From positions 8,209 through 72,208 of IMG/VR virus record IMGVR_UViG_3300037245_001773: a DNA stretch of 64,000 nt; one strand, written 5' to 3'. This document shows, in pieces, positions 45,921-55,262 of this stretch. A model generated the notes under the pieces. It did not search any database and was not told the origin of the DNA. It was given only the letters and a program-made list of their open reading frames with translations. The stretch comes from a virus. The position numbers and the translations under genes were made by a program. The first letter of the stretch is position 1; each line of letters starts with the position of its first letter.

Positions 45921-46109
45921 TTATTGTTTACTTTCTGGTTTCTCTTCAGGCTTCACGAAGATTTTATCGTACCATTTGAGAGACTTCTCTCTTTCTTCTT
46001 TTGTCGTCTCTCTGTATGGATCATCAATTATAATTAATGTCTTTTGTTTTGATTTGCCCTCCATAATCATGTCCTTTAGTGTCCTCGTGATTTTGCGTGA
46101 GCTTTCCAC
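45921..46109 (-). CDS. Hypothetical protein resembling a terminase Walker-B fragment (start uncertain)
   Basis: LIIIDDPY...EREKSLKWY. Confidence 0.45.
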   Translation of the reverse strand: MESSRKITRTLKDMIMEGKSKQKTLIIIDDPYRETTKEEREKSLKWYDKIFVKPEEKPESKQ

Positions 46110-46813
46110 GCTTCCTCAAGATCGCCGGTTGTAAAGTCATGCCTGTTTGGGTGATGCATTCTTCTTGTTCGAGTTGCCCAATCTTCAAAGGTCTCAGTCT
46201 CACGGTGTTTGAGTTGGTTGTTTGCTTCGCCCTGTTTGAGTGAATCTTTAGCGACTCTTTTCACGATCAACCCAATTCTTGATTCAATTAACCCCTTTAC
46301 CGAATACTTATTTTCGATCAATTCCTTATACGTCTGGGTTGATTTCTCCCATTCAAGCATATGACATGCCCACTCTTCAGGATCAACCGGCTCAACTTTC
46401 TGACAATCTTCACAGGTCAACGGATTATTGATATCGATTCCGTCTAACTCTTTCCCGCATTTATTGCACTCGATTACTTCTACTAAAAGCCCCAGTCTTA
46501 ACAGGCTTTCATCCCACATATCGTCAATTTCGCCGTTTCTTTCTGCCAGTCCTGGGTTTATCCATCTGAGTAACTCTTCCGATATCTCTAGCCTGTAGCG
46601 CTTTTGCGACTTTTCTGGAATTCCGAAGTTAACACGAGGGTCAGGGTTGTATCGCTTTTGGGCGCTCTCATATCGCTTTAATTTATGAGCTTCTTCGATA
46701 CCGTCAATAATAGACTTGAATTTTTCCATATGAACCGCGTTTCCGTCGTATGCGTGCTCATCACAAAGAATGCCATAGATAGACCTCAACAGTTTAATAT
46801 CTTCTTTGTTCAT
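46076..46813 (-). CDS. Hypothetical mosaic protein with a zinc ribbon
   Basis: CNKCG...CEDC; ATGA coupling. Confidence 0.65.
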   Translation of the reverse strand: MNKEDIKLLRSIYGILCDEHAYDGNAVHMEKFKSIIDGIEEAHKLKRYESAQKRYNPDPRVNFGIPEKSQKRYRLEISEELLRWINPGLAERNGEIDDMWDESLLRLGLLVEVIECNKCGKELDGIDINNPLTCEDCQKVEPVDPEEWACHMLEWEKSTQTYKELIENKYSVKGLIESRIGLIVKRVAKDSLKQGEANNQLKHRETETFEDWATRTRRMHHPNRHDFTTGDLEEAWKAHAKSRGH

Positions 46814-47394
46814 CCCTTCCCCCTAACACGGTTGGCCCATGACTTACCTTCATCAGTCTCAATTATCCACTCGCTGTACTTCATCTTGCTTTTTATCCAT
46901 GCATCTCTTGGCTCACCGCTCTGTGGTTCTGGGTGATCATGGATAGCCGCCTCTTTAGTGTCTGCCGGATCATATGCGGTGTCACATAGACCACACATTA
47001 TCCACCTGCTATCTGTGGTCTTTTTGGGGAGGTCATTTCTGTCAAACGATTCGCATGATGCTACCGCAAGTGCCGCAACTTGTATCATCCTGCGTCTGAA
47101 TTTATCCGGGCTATCTAATCTCCACATCATCTTTGCCCACTGAGCATAAGTGCAGATGAATTCAACCCAATCATTCACGCAGTGGGTATCATCATGATCT
47201 GAGCCACCCCACTTCTCATCCTGACGGTCTCTTTCTTTCTGCACATCAATTAGAGCGTTGCTTACTGGCTTGTGAGTTTCCTCGTCCATCTCATAGACCA
47301 TATCAACCAACTCATTTCCTTCACTTGCTGACATGTTCCTGATTGTTCCGCTACCAACCATTTTATCGAGTAGTTCTTTCAATCTAGGTTCCAT
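46810..47394 (-). CDS. MazG-like fragment plus zinc-ribbon protein
   Basis: ERDRQDEKWG...MIQVAALAVA; CGLC. Confidence 0.55.
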   Translation of the reverse strand: MEPRLKELLDKMVGSGTIRNMSASEGNELVDMVYEMDEETHKPVSNALIDVQKERDRQDEKWGGSDHDDTHCVNDWVEFICTYAQWAKMMWRLDSPDKFRRRMIQVAALAVASCESFDRNDLPKKTTDSRWIMCGLCDTAYDPADTKEAAIHDHPEPQSGEPRDAWIKSKMKYSEWIIETDEGKSWANRVRGKG

Positions 47395-47406
47395 TTTTTC
47401 TCCTTA

Positions 47407-47537
47407 AAAATAAAAAGCCAAACCTAACAGAGCTGTCCAGCAAGCAGTAAATACTATTTGCACTCCGGGAGATTTGGCTTTTTAAGTTACTGCGCACTGG
47501 ACAATATTAACGTACCATTATGATATACTAAAGTCAA
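47407..47537 (-). promoter_or_regulatory. Promoter plus leader with mutually exclusive stems (attenuator-like)
   Basis: TTGACT-N17-TACGTT; TGTCCAG..GCAGTAA/TTACTGC..CTGGACA versus AAAAAGCCAAATCT/AGGTTTGGCTTTTT. Confidence 0.6.
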
Positions 47538-47540
47538 GGT

Positions 47541-49142
47541 TTATCGATTCCGACGACGACTCAAAGCCTCAAGCATGGTTATTTCAGTGTTGATGTGCTC
47601 CGCTAATCCACTGACCGCGTCAGGTGCGTCATCATGAGCGTTTCCGCCTTCTTTCGAGTATTTCATAAGGGCCTCTGAGAAACCAGTCCAATGTTTGTTT
47701 CTGGTTCTCCAATCAGCCGGAAAATAAACATACTTCATAACCGTGTTCGAATTCGCGTTGATCCTGGCGTTCTTATTCTCTGACTGGTGAAATGACTCGA
47801 TGTAAATCTTTTCCTTTGGGTAGTTGGCCCTTATAGCGTTCTTAACATTCGTAGCGTAATACCCCCCGCCTGCCTGGGACTCTACTTTTACATTCACGCT
47901 GTTCTGGATATTATTCTGAACCAGAAAATCAACCATCATTTCTTCGGTTACTTCGAGACCTTCCTGAGTATAAAGAACGTCTAAGATATATGCCTTTTTA
48001 ATTGGTATCCCGAATGCATCCTTACCGTATTTGATCCCTCCGAATGGAGAGCACAGAAAATCAGACCCCATATCAGCCGTATCGATATAGCAAAACATCT
48101 CATCAAATGTTTCTGGCTGTTCTTCTGCAGTATAGAAATTAAAAGAGGTATACAGCTTCCCGGCCATTCCTAATCGCTGGCACAGATAGTTTCCGGATAG
48201 GATAATGGGATCCAGTCTCGATGTCAGAATATCAAACGCTCTTTTGTCCAGGATATCTTCACACAGCATTCCCTGGGTTTCAGTGTAGGCTTTGCAATTG
48301 AATATTTTTATAATCTCTCCAGAGTCAACCGCACCTTTAATTATTCTATCTCCCGGGTCCCCTTCTATCCATGGGGTCATTACCAGGATTTGTTTTCTCG
48401 GTTTTTCGAGACGTGACAGCCATGAATTCGAATATGCATTCCAGACCTTATCAAGATGGTTTTCATTAAATGCTTCAAGACTTCCTTTGATCGGGTCGTC
48501 GATTATGATTAAGTTTCCACCCTTACCCATAATTCCTGCCATGATACCAGCGCCAGTATATGACAAAAATGTACCCTCAAGTGCCCACCTTTCTTTCGAT
48601 CTGTCACCGTGTTTGGTTCTGGTTTCCGGGAATATGTCAGGGTAGATAATATCAAAAGGTTTTATTCTGACTTCCTCGATTCCGTCCCTTACATACTGGC
48701 TGAATTCATTTGCTAGTTTTGAATTATAAGACGCCGTGATCATGATCTGTTTAGGATCTTGTCCTAAAATCCAGCACTCGAAATTGATTAACGAATGGGA
48801 TTTATGGTGCCGGGGCGGAACTTCTACAATCAAGATATCTGTTCCGGACGTATCGACCGTGATTAATGTTTTGTCGTTTTGATCTTCAAGTTCTACTTTA
48901 ATTGTGCATTGTGACAGGTCAAGTAATTCATGGTGCTCGATTGGTAGGTTTGATAGATAGCTGACTGGCTCATCCTGGTAGAACGACTGTAGGCAGAGTG
49001 ATAGGATTATCAGGTAAGTTCTGTCTTCTGTGTAGTCTTGCGGGGCTGTGATTTTTTGGAATTCCCATAAACTCTCTCTTGCCGCGAATATTTGATCAAG
49101 TCTTTCAAGCTCAAGGAGTTCTCTTTCTTCGGCTTCATTCAT
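47541..49142 (-). CDS. terL: Terminase large subunit
   Basis: PPRHHKS Walker A, LIIIDDPIK Walker B, DTADMGSDF and HDDAPDA nuclease motifs. Confidence 0.95.
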   Translation of the reverse strand: MNEAEERELLELERLDQIFAARESLWEFQKITAPQDYTEDRTYLIILSLCLQSFYQDEPVSYLSNLPIEHHELLDLSQCTIKVELEDQNDKTLITVDTSGTDILIVEVPPRHHKSHSLINFECWILGQDPKQIMITASYNSKLANEFSQYVRDGIEEVRIKPFDIIYPDIFPETRTKHGDRSKERWALEGTFLSYTGAGIMAGIMGKGGNLIIIDDPIKGSLEAFNENHLDKVWNAYSNSWLSRLEKPRKQILVMTPWIEGDPGDRIIKGAVDSGEIIKIFNCKAYTETQGMLCEDILDKRAFDILTSRLDPIILSGNYLCQRLGMAGKLYTSFNFYTAEEQPETFDEMFCYIDTADMGSDFLCSPFGGIKYGKDAFGIPIKKAYILDVLYTQEGLEVTEEMMVDFLVQNNIQNSVNVKVESQAGGGYYATNVKNAIRANYPKEKIYIESFHQSENKNARINANSNTVMKYVYFPADWRTRNKHWTGFSEALMKYSKEGGNAHDDAPDAVSGLAEHINTEITMLEALSRRRNR

Positions 49143-49702
49143 TTATTCCTGAGTTGCTTTATTCTTTCCTGAACATCTTCGCGGGTCATCCCTTTTGTTG
49201 GATCGTTAGCGTCATTTTCTTTTTGTTTATCCTCTCTATCCATACCAAGGGCTTTCCTTGCCCCTTCATACCCTAGTTTCAGTGCTTCAATTGCTGTCTT
49301 GATTGCCTTTGCGCTTTCCCATATCCGGCTGAACTCTTCCTTTGTTACTTTTAATTTCTTTTTTTTGACTGGATCACTTTTCGACGCTTCGTTGTAGGCA
49401 GATGCTAATTCAGAGGCAGGCATCAGGCTAAGCTTTCTATACTTCTCGATATCTTCTAGAAAATTGGTTGTTATTTGCGTGGCTAAATCAACTTGTTTAT
49501 TGATTATCTTATCCAGTGACCGATTTTCTGTTGCCTTGTCTATTTCTGTACGATTCTTGCCATATACCCACCCTTCCGATGCCGCGATTTTGTAGATTGT
49601 GGAGCGTGTAAGCTTGTGTTTGTTTGCTATGTCGCTTTTTGTCAGTAAACCGGCTTCAAAATCGACTTTGATAACGGTTTTTTTTTGGTGGGATATTGCC
49701 AT
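49139..49702 (-). CDS. terS: Terminase small subunit
   Basis: N-terminal HTH (KSDIANKHKLTRSTIYKIAASEGW); ATGA-coupled to terL. Confidence 0.75.
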   Translation of the reverse strand: MAISHQKKTVIKVDFEAGLLTKSDIANKHKLTRSTIYKIAASEGWVYGKNRTEIDKATENRSLDKIINKQVDLATQITTNFLEDIEKYRKLSLMPASELASAYNEASKSDPVKKKKLKVTKEEFSRIWESAKAIKTAIEALKLGYEGARKALGMDREDKQKENDANDPTKGMTREDVQERIKQLRNK

Positions 49703-49861
49703 TTATCTATTTACTTCAAGTAGTAACAATATCAGTCTTTTAGTAGATGGATGAAATCCATTGTTTTTCCATCTCCATACTGTGTTTCTGTCAACCTGTA
49801 GTTTGCGTGCAAGCTCTGAATCTGTTTTACAACCCAGAGCTTTTTTGATTTCTTCAATCAT
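49703..49861 (-). CDS. Cro-like HTH protein, 52 aa (not in ORF track)
   Basis: KTDSELARKLQVDRNTVWRWKNNG; ATGA overlap. Confidence 0.7.
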   Translation of the reverse strand: MIEEIKKALGCKTDSELARKLQVDRNTVWRWKNNGFHPSTKRLILLLLEVNR

Positions 49862-50586
49862 GCTGCGAGTAAATCCTTTTTGATCATGTATCTTTTACCG
49901 AGTGACTCTAATTTATTGATCACTGATTCACGAAAAGATACCCAATCAATTGACTTTGAATGTTGGTGATAGTTGAGCTTTCCAACCTTGTAAAAATCAA
50001 CAAATTCATGGGTTGAGTCTATTAATCTCATAACAGCGTCAGGGTCAATCACCGGCTCAAAACTGACAAACGTTTCAATCCCGAGTGTCCACGCCTCCAT
50101 TAATGCTTTTATTCTGTCTTGCGGTAATGCTGCCCCTGGTTCCCATTCCAAGGAAACTGAATCAACATCATGTGTTAGAGAAACGCCAAACTTTCTATTT
50201 TTGAATTTCGTGAGAATATCAAAATCCTTGGTTGCATTAGTCCCGCCTTTTGTCAGGATTACAGGGAATAAATCATATTTGAGCGCGATCTCAAGAGCTT
50301 GACGTGTGATATTTATTTCAGTTTCGCATTTCTGATAAGGGTCTGTTGTGAATGAAAAAAGTATTTCTCTTTGATCTCCTGCGTATTTTTTGCAGTCTTT
50401 TTCGAATTGTTCCAAAACTTTAGCACGTGGCCTAATGTATTCATCTGAATGGAATATTTTTCTGTCTTTGAATGTAGCTGAAGGCGCGTAACAGTAGATA
50501 CATGAATGTGAACAACCTTTATATAAATTTGCTGCAAGGGGGCTATACTCTAACGCCTTACCCTTTGGTTCGTAAATTATAGACAT
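49858..50586 (-). CDS. Radical SAM protein (SplB-like)
   Basis: GCSHSCIYCY (CxxxCxxC), TTDPYQ, ILTKG and VSFEPVI motifs. Confidence 0.85.
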   Translation of the reverse strand: MSIIYEPKGKALEYSPLAANLYKGCSHSCIYCYAPSATFKDRKIFHSDEYIRPRAKVLEQFEKDCKKYAGDQREILFSFTTDPYQKCETEINITRQALEIALKYDLFPVILTKGGTNATKDFDILTKFKNRKFGVSLTHDVDSVSLEWEPGAALPQDRIKALMEAWTLGIETFVSFEPVIDPDAVMRLIDSTHEFVDFYKVGKLNYHQHSKSIDWVSFRESVINKLESLGKRYMIKKDLLAA

Positions 50587-50672
50587 TTTATCCTGTTTAT
50601 TTTCAGAACCGCTTTATTGCTGATCTGTTAAGTAATACTTTCAGTTTGTCGTCATTCTGTCAACACTTATCT

Positions 50673-51224
50673 CTATAATTCAAAAGAAAAATAGTTTTTA
50701 TTTTTTATTCCTTTGTAATGAATCTTAGAAACGCCGTTCAAGGCAAGATAAAGTTTCATCTTATCCATACCGTTTTTATTGAATAAAGTTGGTATTTTTC
50801 TAACCATTTTATTAGGGTATCCGCATTCTTTTAAGAAAGCGCGAGGTAAAGCACCAAACATAGTCTGTATAAACGTTACAAAAACAATTACATCTAATTT
50901 CTTTTTTTCGTTTTGCATAAATATTATTTTTAATTGCTTGAATGGCACTCCGTAAGCATCTAAGTCTATCACGTCAAATTTACTTAAATCCATCCCTTTT
51001 AAGAATTTGACATTGTCTCCCTTTAAATATATGCCTTGTTTTTTTTCCTTATCTAATCTTAACACTTGTATCTCTTTATCCGTTTTTTCCTTAACTTCAT
51101 CCCATATTTTCCCATCACTTGAAAAAGCGTCCAATACTTTTATTTTACCTTTTCCTGGCAAATGATTTAATCTTAATATCACTTTATCGTAAAAATAACT
51201 ATTATCAGTTACTACTTTGCTCAT
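50673..51224 (-). CDS. SAM-dependent methyltransferase-like protein
   Basis: VLDAFSSDGKIW (motif I-like), GDNVKFL, FDVIDLDAYGVPF (motif IV-like). Confidence 0.65.
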   Translation of the reverse strand: MSKVVTDNSYFYDKVILRLNHLPGKGKIKVLDAFSSDGKIWDEVKEKTDKEIQVLRLDKEKKQGIYLKGDNVKFLKGMDLSKFDVIDLDAYGVPFKQLKIIFMQNEKKKLDVIVFVTFIQTMFGALPRAFLKECGYPNKMVRKIPTLFNKNGMDKMKLYLALNGVSKIHYKGIKNKNYFSFEL

Positions 51225-51807
51225 ATTCTATGCCCTCTATTTTTATGATTTTTTCAATATAATTTTTTATTTCGCTAAATTTTTCAGGGCTGAAGCTTAA
51301 AAGTATATGAGTTTTTTTGTATGCTTTTATTTCTTCCTCTTTTTCCGGTATTTCTTCTATTAACGTTTTTCCAAACTCGGAGCCACTTAATTCATTGAGT
51401 TTAAGATCTTCAAAATCTTGCATTTCGATGCTTAAATCTTCAAGCTGTGAATCCAGTAAATCAATATCCCATTCTCCTTGAATCTTTTCGTTATTCGCAA
51501 TTATACAAGCTTCTTTGTGGGTTTGTTCGTCCCAGTCCACCTCACGGTAATTAAGGCGTTGTCCAGTCGGGAGTGTAATTGTTCCTTCTGCTGTGGTTCC
51601 GGTATCGTCTGAAGTTGAATTGACTTTAATTACTGAATCTTTGTGGATTGTCTTAACCCGGTAGTGGCCTCCGACTAACTGTTCATTGCGGATGTTAAAT
51701 ACCACACCGGATAGATCACCGTATTTCAGGATTGATTTTGATAAGCCTTCACCGTCTCCGTGGATGCGCGGATTGTCAGGATACGGTTTTAAATCTTCTG
51801 TTTTCAT
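51205..51807 (-). CDS. ParB/Srx N-terminal domain protein
   Basis: LKPYPDNPR, SILKYG, LVGGHYRV and IIANN...GEWD motifs. Confidence 0.85.
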   Translation of the reverse strand: MKTEDLKPYPDNPRIHGDGEGLSKSILKYGDLSGVVFNIRNEQLVGGHYRVKTIHKDSVIKVNSTSDDTGTTAEGTITLPTGQRLNYREVDWDEQTHKEACIIANNEKIQGEWDIDLLDSQLEDLSIEMQDFEDLKLNELSGSEFGKTLIEEIPEKEEEIKAYKKTHILLSFSPEKFSEIKNYIEKIIKIEGIEYEQSSN

Positions 51808-51863
51808 ACCCTTAATCTATCATAGGTTAATGATATTGTCCATTTTTGCAAGTTGGTTTTTTC

Positions 51864-51960
51864 CTGCACACAAGGACGATAGGCAGAGAGTTATTTACTG
51901 CACACATAGATAAAAGTCAGTTATCAATTATCTGCCATACATAGGCGATAGGCAGATAAT
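51864..51960. repeat. Three degenerate direct repeats at 34-bp spacing (iteron/ori-like)
   Basis: CTGCACACA / CTGCACACA / CTGCCATACA at 51864, 51898 and 51932; CGATAGGCAGA twice; inverted repeat ATTATCTGCC/GGCAGATAAT. Confidence 0.5.
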
Positions 51961-52069
51961 TTTCCGTTTTTGTTTTAGTCTGTATTTTCATTGTGTTGAA
52001 TAATATTAAGCGCAAAATTATCTCTATTCTCTGACTATCATTAATGTGTGTGTTCTATAGATAGCCATA

Positions 52070-52489
52070 CTATGCAGTTTTCATTTTATCAGTAAACCCT
52101 CTTTTGCCGGGCTTAAATTTTAACCGACTCCTTTCTTTCACAATAAAATCTTCAGTACCGTACTTCTTCCACCGATCGGACAAACCGTAAAGAGTCCAAT
52201 TGCCTTTTGCGTGTCCGCCGTACTTCTCAATACTGATAAACCCATATTTGAATAATTCATCAATCGCCCTTGTGAATTTTGAGGCAGGATATCCGTGTTT
52301 ATTGAGTGCGTCTTCATATGTGAAAACCAGTTCTTTATCATTAACGAACTGATAACTTCCATTCATTTTTACAAATCTTCTCTTGCAAAGGAACTGGAAC
52401 AAAATGTACTTTGGTGATCCTGGCAATTCTTTGAAAGCTTTTGATCTTAATAAGCTTTTTTCGATCCTTATTAGGCCACTGCTTGACAT
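52070..52489 (-). CDS. Winged-helix DNA-binding protein, possible replication initiator
   Basis: LLRSKAFKEL, FTY, FTRAIDELFKYGFI and TLYGLSDRWKKYGT motifs; GGGAG RBS. Confidence 0.65.
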   Translation of the reverse strand: MSSSGLIRIEKSLLRSKAFKELPGSPKYILFQFLCKRRFVKMNGSYQFVNDKELVFTYEDALNKHGYPASKFTRAIDELFKYGFISIEKYGGHAKGNWTLYGLSDRWKKYGTEDFIVKERSRLKFKPGKRGFTDKMKTA

Positions 52490-52628
52490 GGATAACTCCC
52501 TGAAAATCATCAAGATAAGACCGGCTGAAAGAGGTTGTTCAGGGCAACCCCCTTCAATTACTGGCAGCAACTCCACCGGAAGGACTGTGTGTCTCTTGAT
52601 ATAATCATAAAGGAGTGATCACGCTAAA

Positions 52629-53048
52629 TCAAGTTTTTTCTTGTGCTAGTGGAGGGTAAATAGTGTAGTCAAGTTCTCTGACGCCGATACCTGCTTTTTC
52701 CAGGTTTGCGGCAATGATTTTTCTGTGGCAATCTTCCCGGTCCTTGCACATGCAAATGAAGATGATGTTTTTATCTTCGCCGTTCAGGAGTTTTTCGATC
52801 ATCTTCAGGCCACCCGCATAGTTTTTCAATTCGGCCTGCTCGATTGGGGCCCGATAATTCAGATTCCCGAAGAACTCACCGCCTGCAATGTACTTCTCCT
52901 TGAACGTTCTAATGAAGTTGGACTGTCCCCATGTTTTGTTTCTTGACCAGGGCTTTATCCGAATGTCAATAATGAATGCGTCCAGCTCTTCTACTTTTGC
53001 AATCAGTTTTTCAATCTTCAGGCCTGTGTATCCAGTTGTGTAAATCAT
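52629..53048 (-). CDS. DUF488-family protein
   Basis: IYTTGY, IDIR-x-x-P-x-SR and C-x-x-x-x-x-CHRKIIA motifs. Confidence 0.8.
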   Translation of the reverse strand: MIYTTGYTGLKIEKLIAKVEELDAFIIDIRIKPWSRNKTWGQSNFIRTFKEKYIAGGEFFGNLNYRAPIEQAELKNYAGGLKMIEKLLNGEDKNIIFICMCKDREDCHRKIIAANLEKAGIGVRELDYTIYPPLAQEKT

Positions 53049-53245
53049 TTTTTCCCTTTGAGTTTTAAGAGTTCATCGTAAAATTTTATGGAATTCGCCA
53101 AGACTTCAGGTATTGCATTTGGATTTTCTCCCTCATACCTTCTCAGCGTGTGATATTTCACGCCGAATACCGTCGCCATCCACTCTTTTGACATTTTACC
53201 TGGAAACACTCTCTCTCTAAATTCGCCCATCTGTTCGCCTGTCAT
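53045..53245 (-). CDS. HTH (XRE-like) protein
   Basis: MSKEWMATVFGVKYHTLRRYEG. Confidence 0.7.
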   Translation of the reverse strand: MTGEQMGEFRERVFPGKMSKEWMATVFGVKYHTLRRYEGENPNAIPEVLANSIKFYDELLKLKGKK

Positions 53246-53269
53246 TTTTTTCTCCTTTGTATATTATTA

Positions 53270-53298
53270 ATGATACTGTTTTGGGCCTTTTGTGTCAA
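53270..53298 (-). promoter_or_regulatory. Sigma70 promoter
   Basis: TTGACA-N17-TATCAT. Confidence 0.65.
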
Positions 53299-53335
53299 GT
53301 GTTTTGCCAGTTTTTTTGGTGTGTATTGTAGCGCT

Positions 53336-53569
53336 TTATACTAAGAACAGCATGATAATCCATGTGGTAACTGCGGCCGGGATTGATAGTTGCCCGACCA
53401 GAGGTGTAAAGCCAAGGAAAAATCCATGCCACCATAAAACAACGGCTTCTTTTCCGGCATAAACGAGCCATGTGTTAATCGTGTAAGTCCAGCAAACAGC
53501 TCCGATAGCTCCGAAAATTGACAAAATCAAACATATTCCAATTACATAAGCAATGAATTTCATATTCAC
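53336..53569 (-). CDS. Small membrane protein
   Basis: Almost entirely hydrophobic; GAGG RBS. Confidence 0.65.
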   Translation of the reverse strand: MNMKFIAYVIGICLILSIFGAIGAVCWTYTINTWLVYAGKEAVVLWWHGFFLGFTPLVGQLSIPAAVTTWIIMLFLV

Positions 53570-53679
53570 CTCTTTGGTTTGAGTTTTTGATTAACTGCTT
53601 TTACTCCGTACCGATCTGAATTGAGCGGTAGAGAGTAACAGGCAGTTAAGCCTGCTAGATATCCTCCTTCTTGTTTAGG

Positions 53680-54804
53680 TTACCACTGGATTTTGACTGG
53701 CATTAAAACAGCCAAATACTCGGGCTTGTCCGGGTCCAGGAAAAGGATAGGTTTATCAGGTCCAGCCACGACCATATCAAAGCTTTCTACCTTTTTGAAT
53801 ATCGCAACGGCTTCTTTGAGAAGGCAAATAGTCAAACCCCATGCTTGGGTTGTGTTTTCATATTCACAATCTATTTCAACTCTGCCTTCCCCGAATTCTA
53901 TTTTCTGGGTTTCCATGGTCAAGGAATTATTGCCATTTAAACTCAGCTTTGCAATTGCGTTGGGGTTTGTGTCGGTCAAGACTTGCATCATTTCCATGGC
54001 TTCCAGTGCTGCTTTGGAGTCGATCCGGCAAGGCTGGCCCCCGGCTTGCGTCAGGCTGTCAAGATTTGGATATTCTGCCTCAATCAATCTTGACTGATAT
54101 TTCTGGGTATCATTTTGAATAATCAGGCAATCATCATCAAAATACCAGTCGGAGTCCTGCCAATTAAATATCTGGTTTGATTTGCTGAATGCCTTTTTGG
54201 GGAAAATAACAACCTCCTCAAAGTCATTCGCCAGTGGCAAAAAGTACCTGGCTATCCTGTAGGCGTCTGCTCCTTGGAACATTACCTGTCTATCCTTTTG
54301 TCTGATATTCAACCCCATCAGGCTTTTCCTGCTCTCGTTTTCACCGATACTGTACAGAACCATTTCAGTAATTTCCTTCAAATGAGCGGCTGACAACTTG
54401 AATTTCCAGGCCGGTTTTTTGAATTCACATTCAGGGAAAGCGCTTGAATCCGCCCCGGGAAGTTTTGTTGTGATTTTTCCCAGCTTCATATTGAACCAGT
54501 TGTGAACAGTTGTCTCGATCTCAACAGTCTCTGCCTTTGATTTTGACAGCACCTTTTTCAGTTTGTCGGCATTGACTAGGATGGAAGGGTATTGCTCACA
54601 GTTTTCTTGATCCCGTATTTCATTGAATGCCGGGATAGTTTCCCTGTAAATCTCTTCGTAATCCGTGGCGGTAACTTCGATGCTTGCGCTCTTGCAGTCA
54701 ATCCTAAGATTACTGATGATAGGATCAGTACAGGATTTTGGCGCTATCCTGCAGGCGTTTTTGACTGCATCAAGTAAATCTGTTCTTCTGCATGTTGCCT
54801 TCAT
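53680..54804 (-). CDS. dnaN: DNA polymerase III beta sliding clamp (phage-encoded, divergent)
   Basis: PIISNL, ATDYE, ADAYRIA, SRLIEAEYPN and YLAVLMPV motifs; 374 aa. Confidence 0.88.
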   Translation of the reverse strand: MKATCRRTDLLDAVKNACRIAPKSCTDPIISNLRIDCKSASIEVTATDYEEIYRETIPAFNEIRDQENCEQYPSILVNADKLKKVLSKSKAETVEIETTVHNWFNMKLGKITTKLPGADSSAFPECEFKKPAWKFKLSAAHLKEITEMVLYSIGENESRKSLMGLNIRQKDRQVMFQGADAYRIARYFLPLANDFEEVVIFPKKAFSKSNQIFNWQDSDWYFDDDCLIIQNDTQKYQSRLIEAEYPNLDSLTQAGGQPCRIDSKAALEAMEMMQVLTDTNPNAIAKLSLNGNNSLTMETQKIEFGEGRVEIDCEYENTTQAWGLTICLLKEAVAIFKKVESFDMVVAGPDKPILFLDPDKPEYLAVLMPVKIQW

Positions 54805-54823
54805 GTTTCTCCTGTGGTTTGTG

Positions 54824-55027
54824 TTAAGTATGATTTTTGAAATAATTCAAAATCATACTATCCTGATGAAACGCAGCCATTGCCGCGTCAATATCTGCCT
54901 GGTTGACATTCACAGATTTGATCTTTTTGGATGATGCCACGATCAGCCGCCCGCGTTCGAGATTGTAAGTCGTTACGTTCATGCCTTCCAGAATCTTGAC
55001 GTTGATGCTTTCTTGTAAGTGGCCCAT
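54824..55027 (-). CDS. Hypothetical protein
   Basis: GGAG RBS. Confidence 0.55.
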   Translation of the reverse strand: MGHLQESINVKILEGMNVTTYNLERGRLIVASSKKIKSVNVNQADIDAAMAAFHQDSMILNYFKNHT

Positions 55028-55262
55028 TTTATTCTCCGTTGGGTTCCGGGTTGATTCCCGGCTTTGTTGGTTGTTAAACTTCGCTGAAATCGTTCAGTCC
55101 ACTGCATGACGGGCAAATCTCTTCGTCATACCCGTAAAGCTCACTGCCACACCAGCCGCATTCCAGGTCTTCCATTTCTATCGTATTCCCAGATTCTTTA
55201 TGGGTTACTTTTGTTATTACCTTTTTTGCCATTTTTGATTTCATTTTCGGGCTCCGTTTGGG

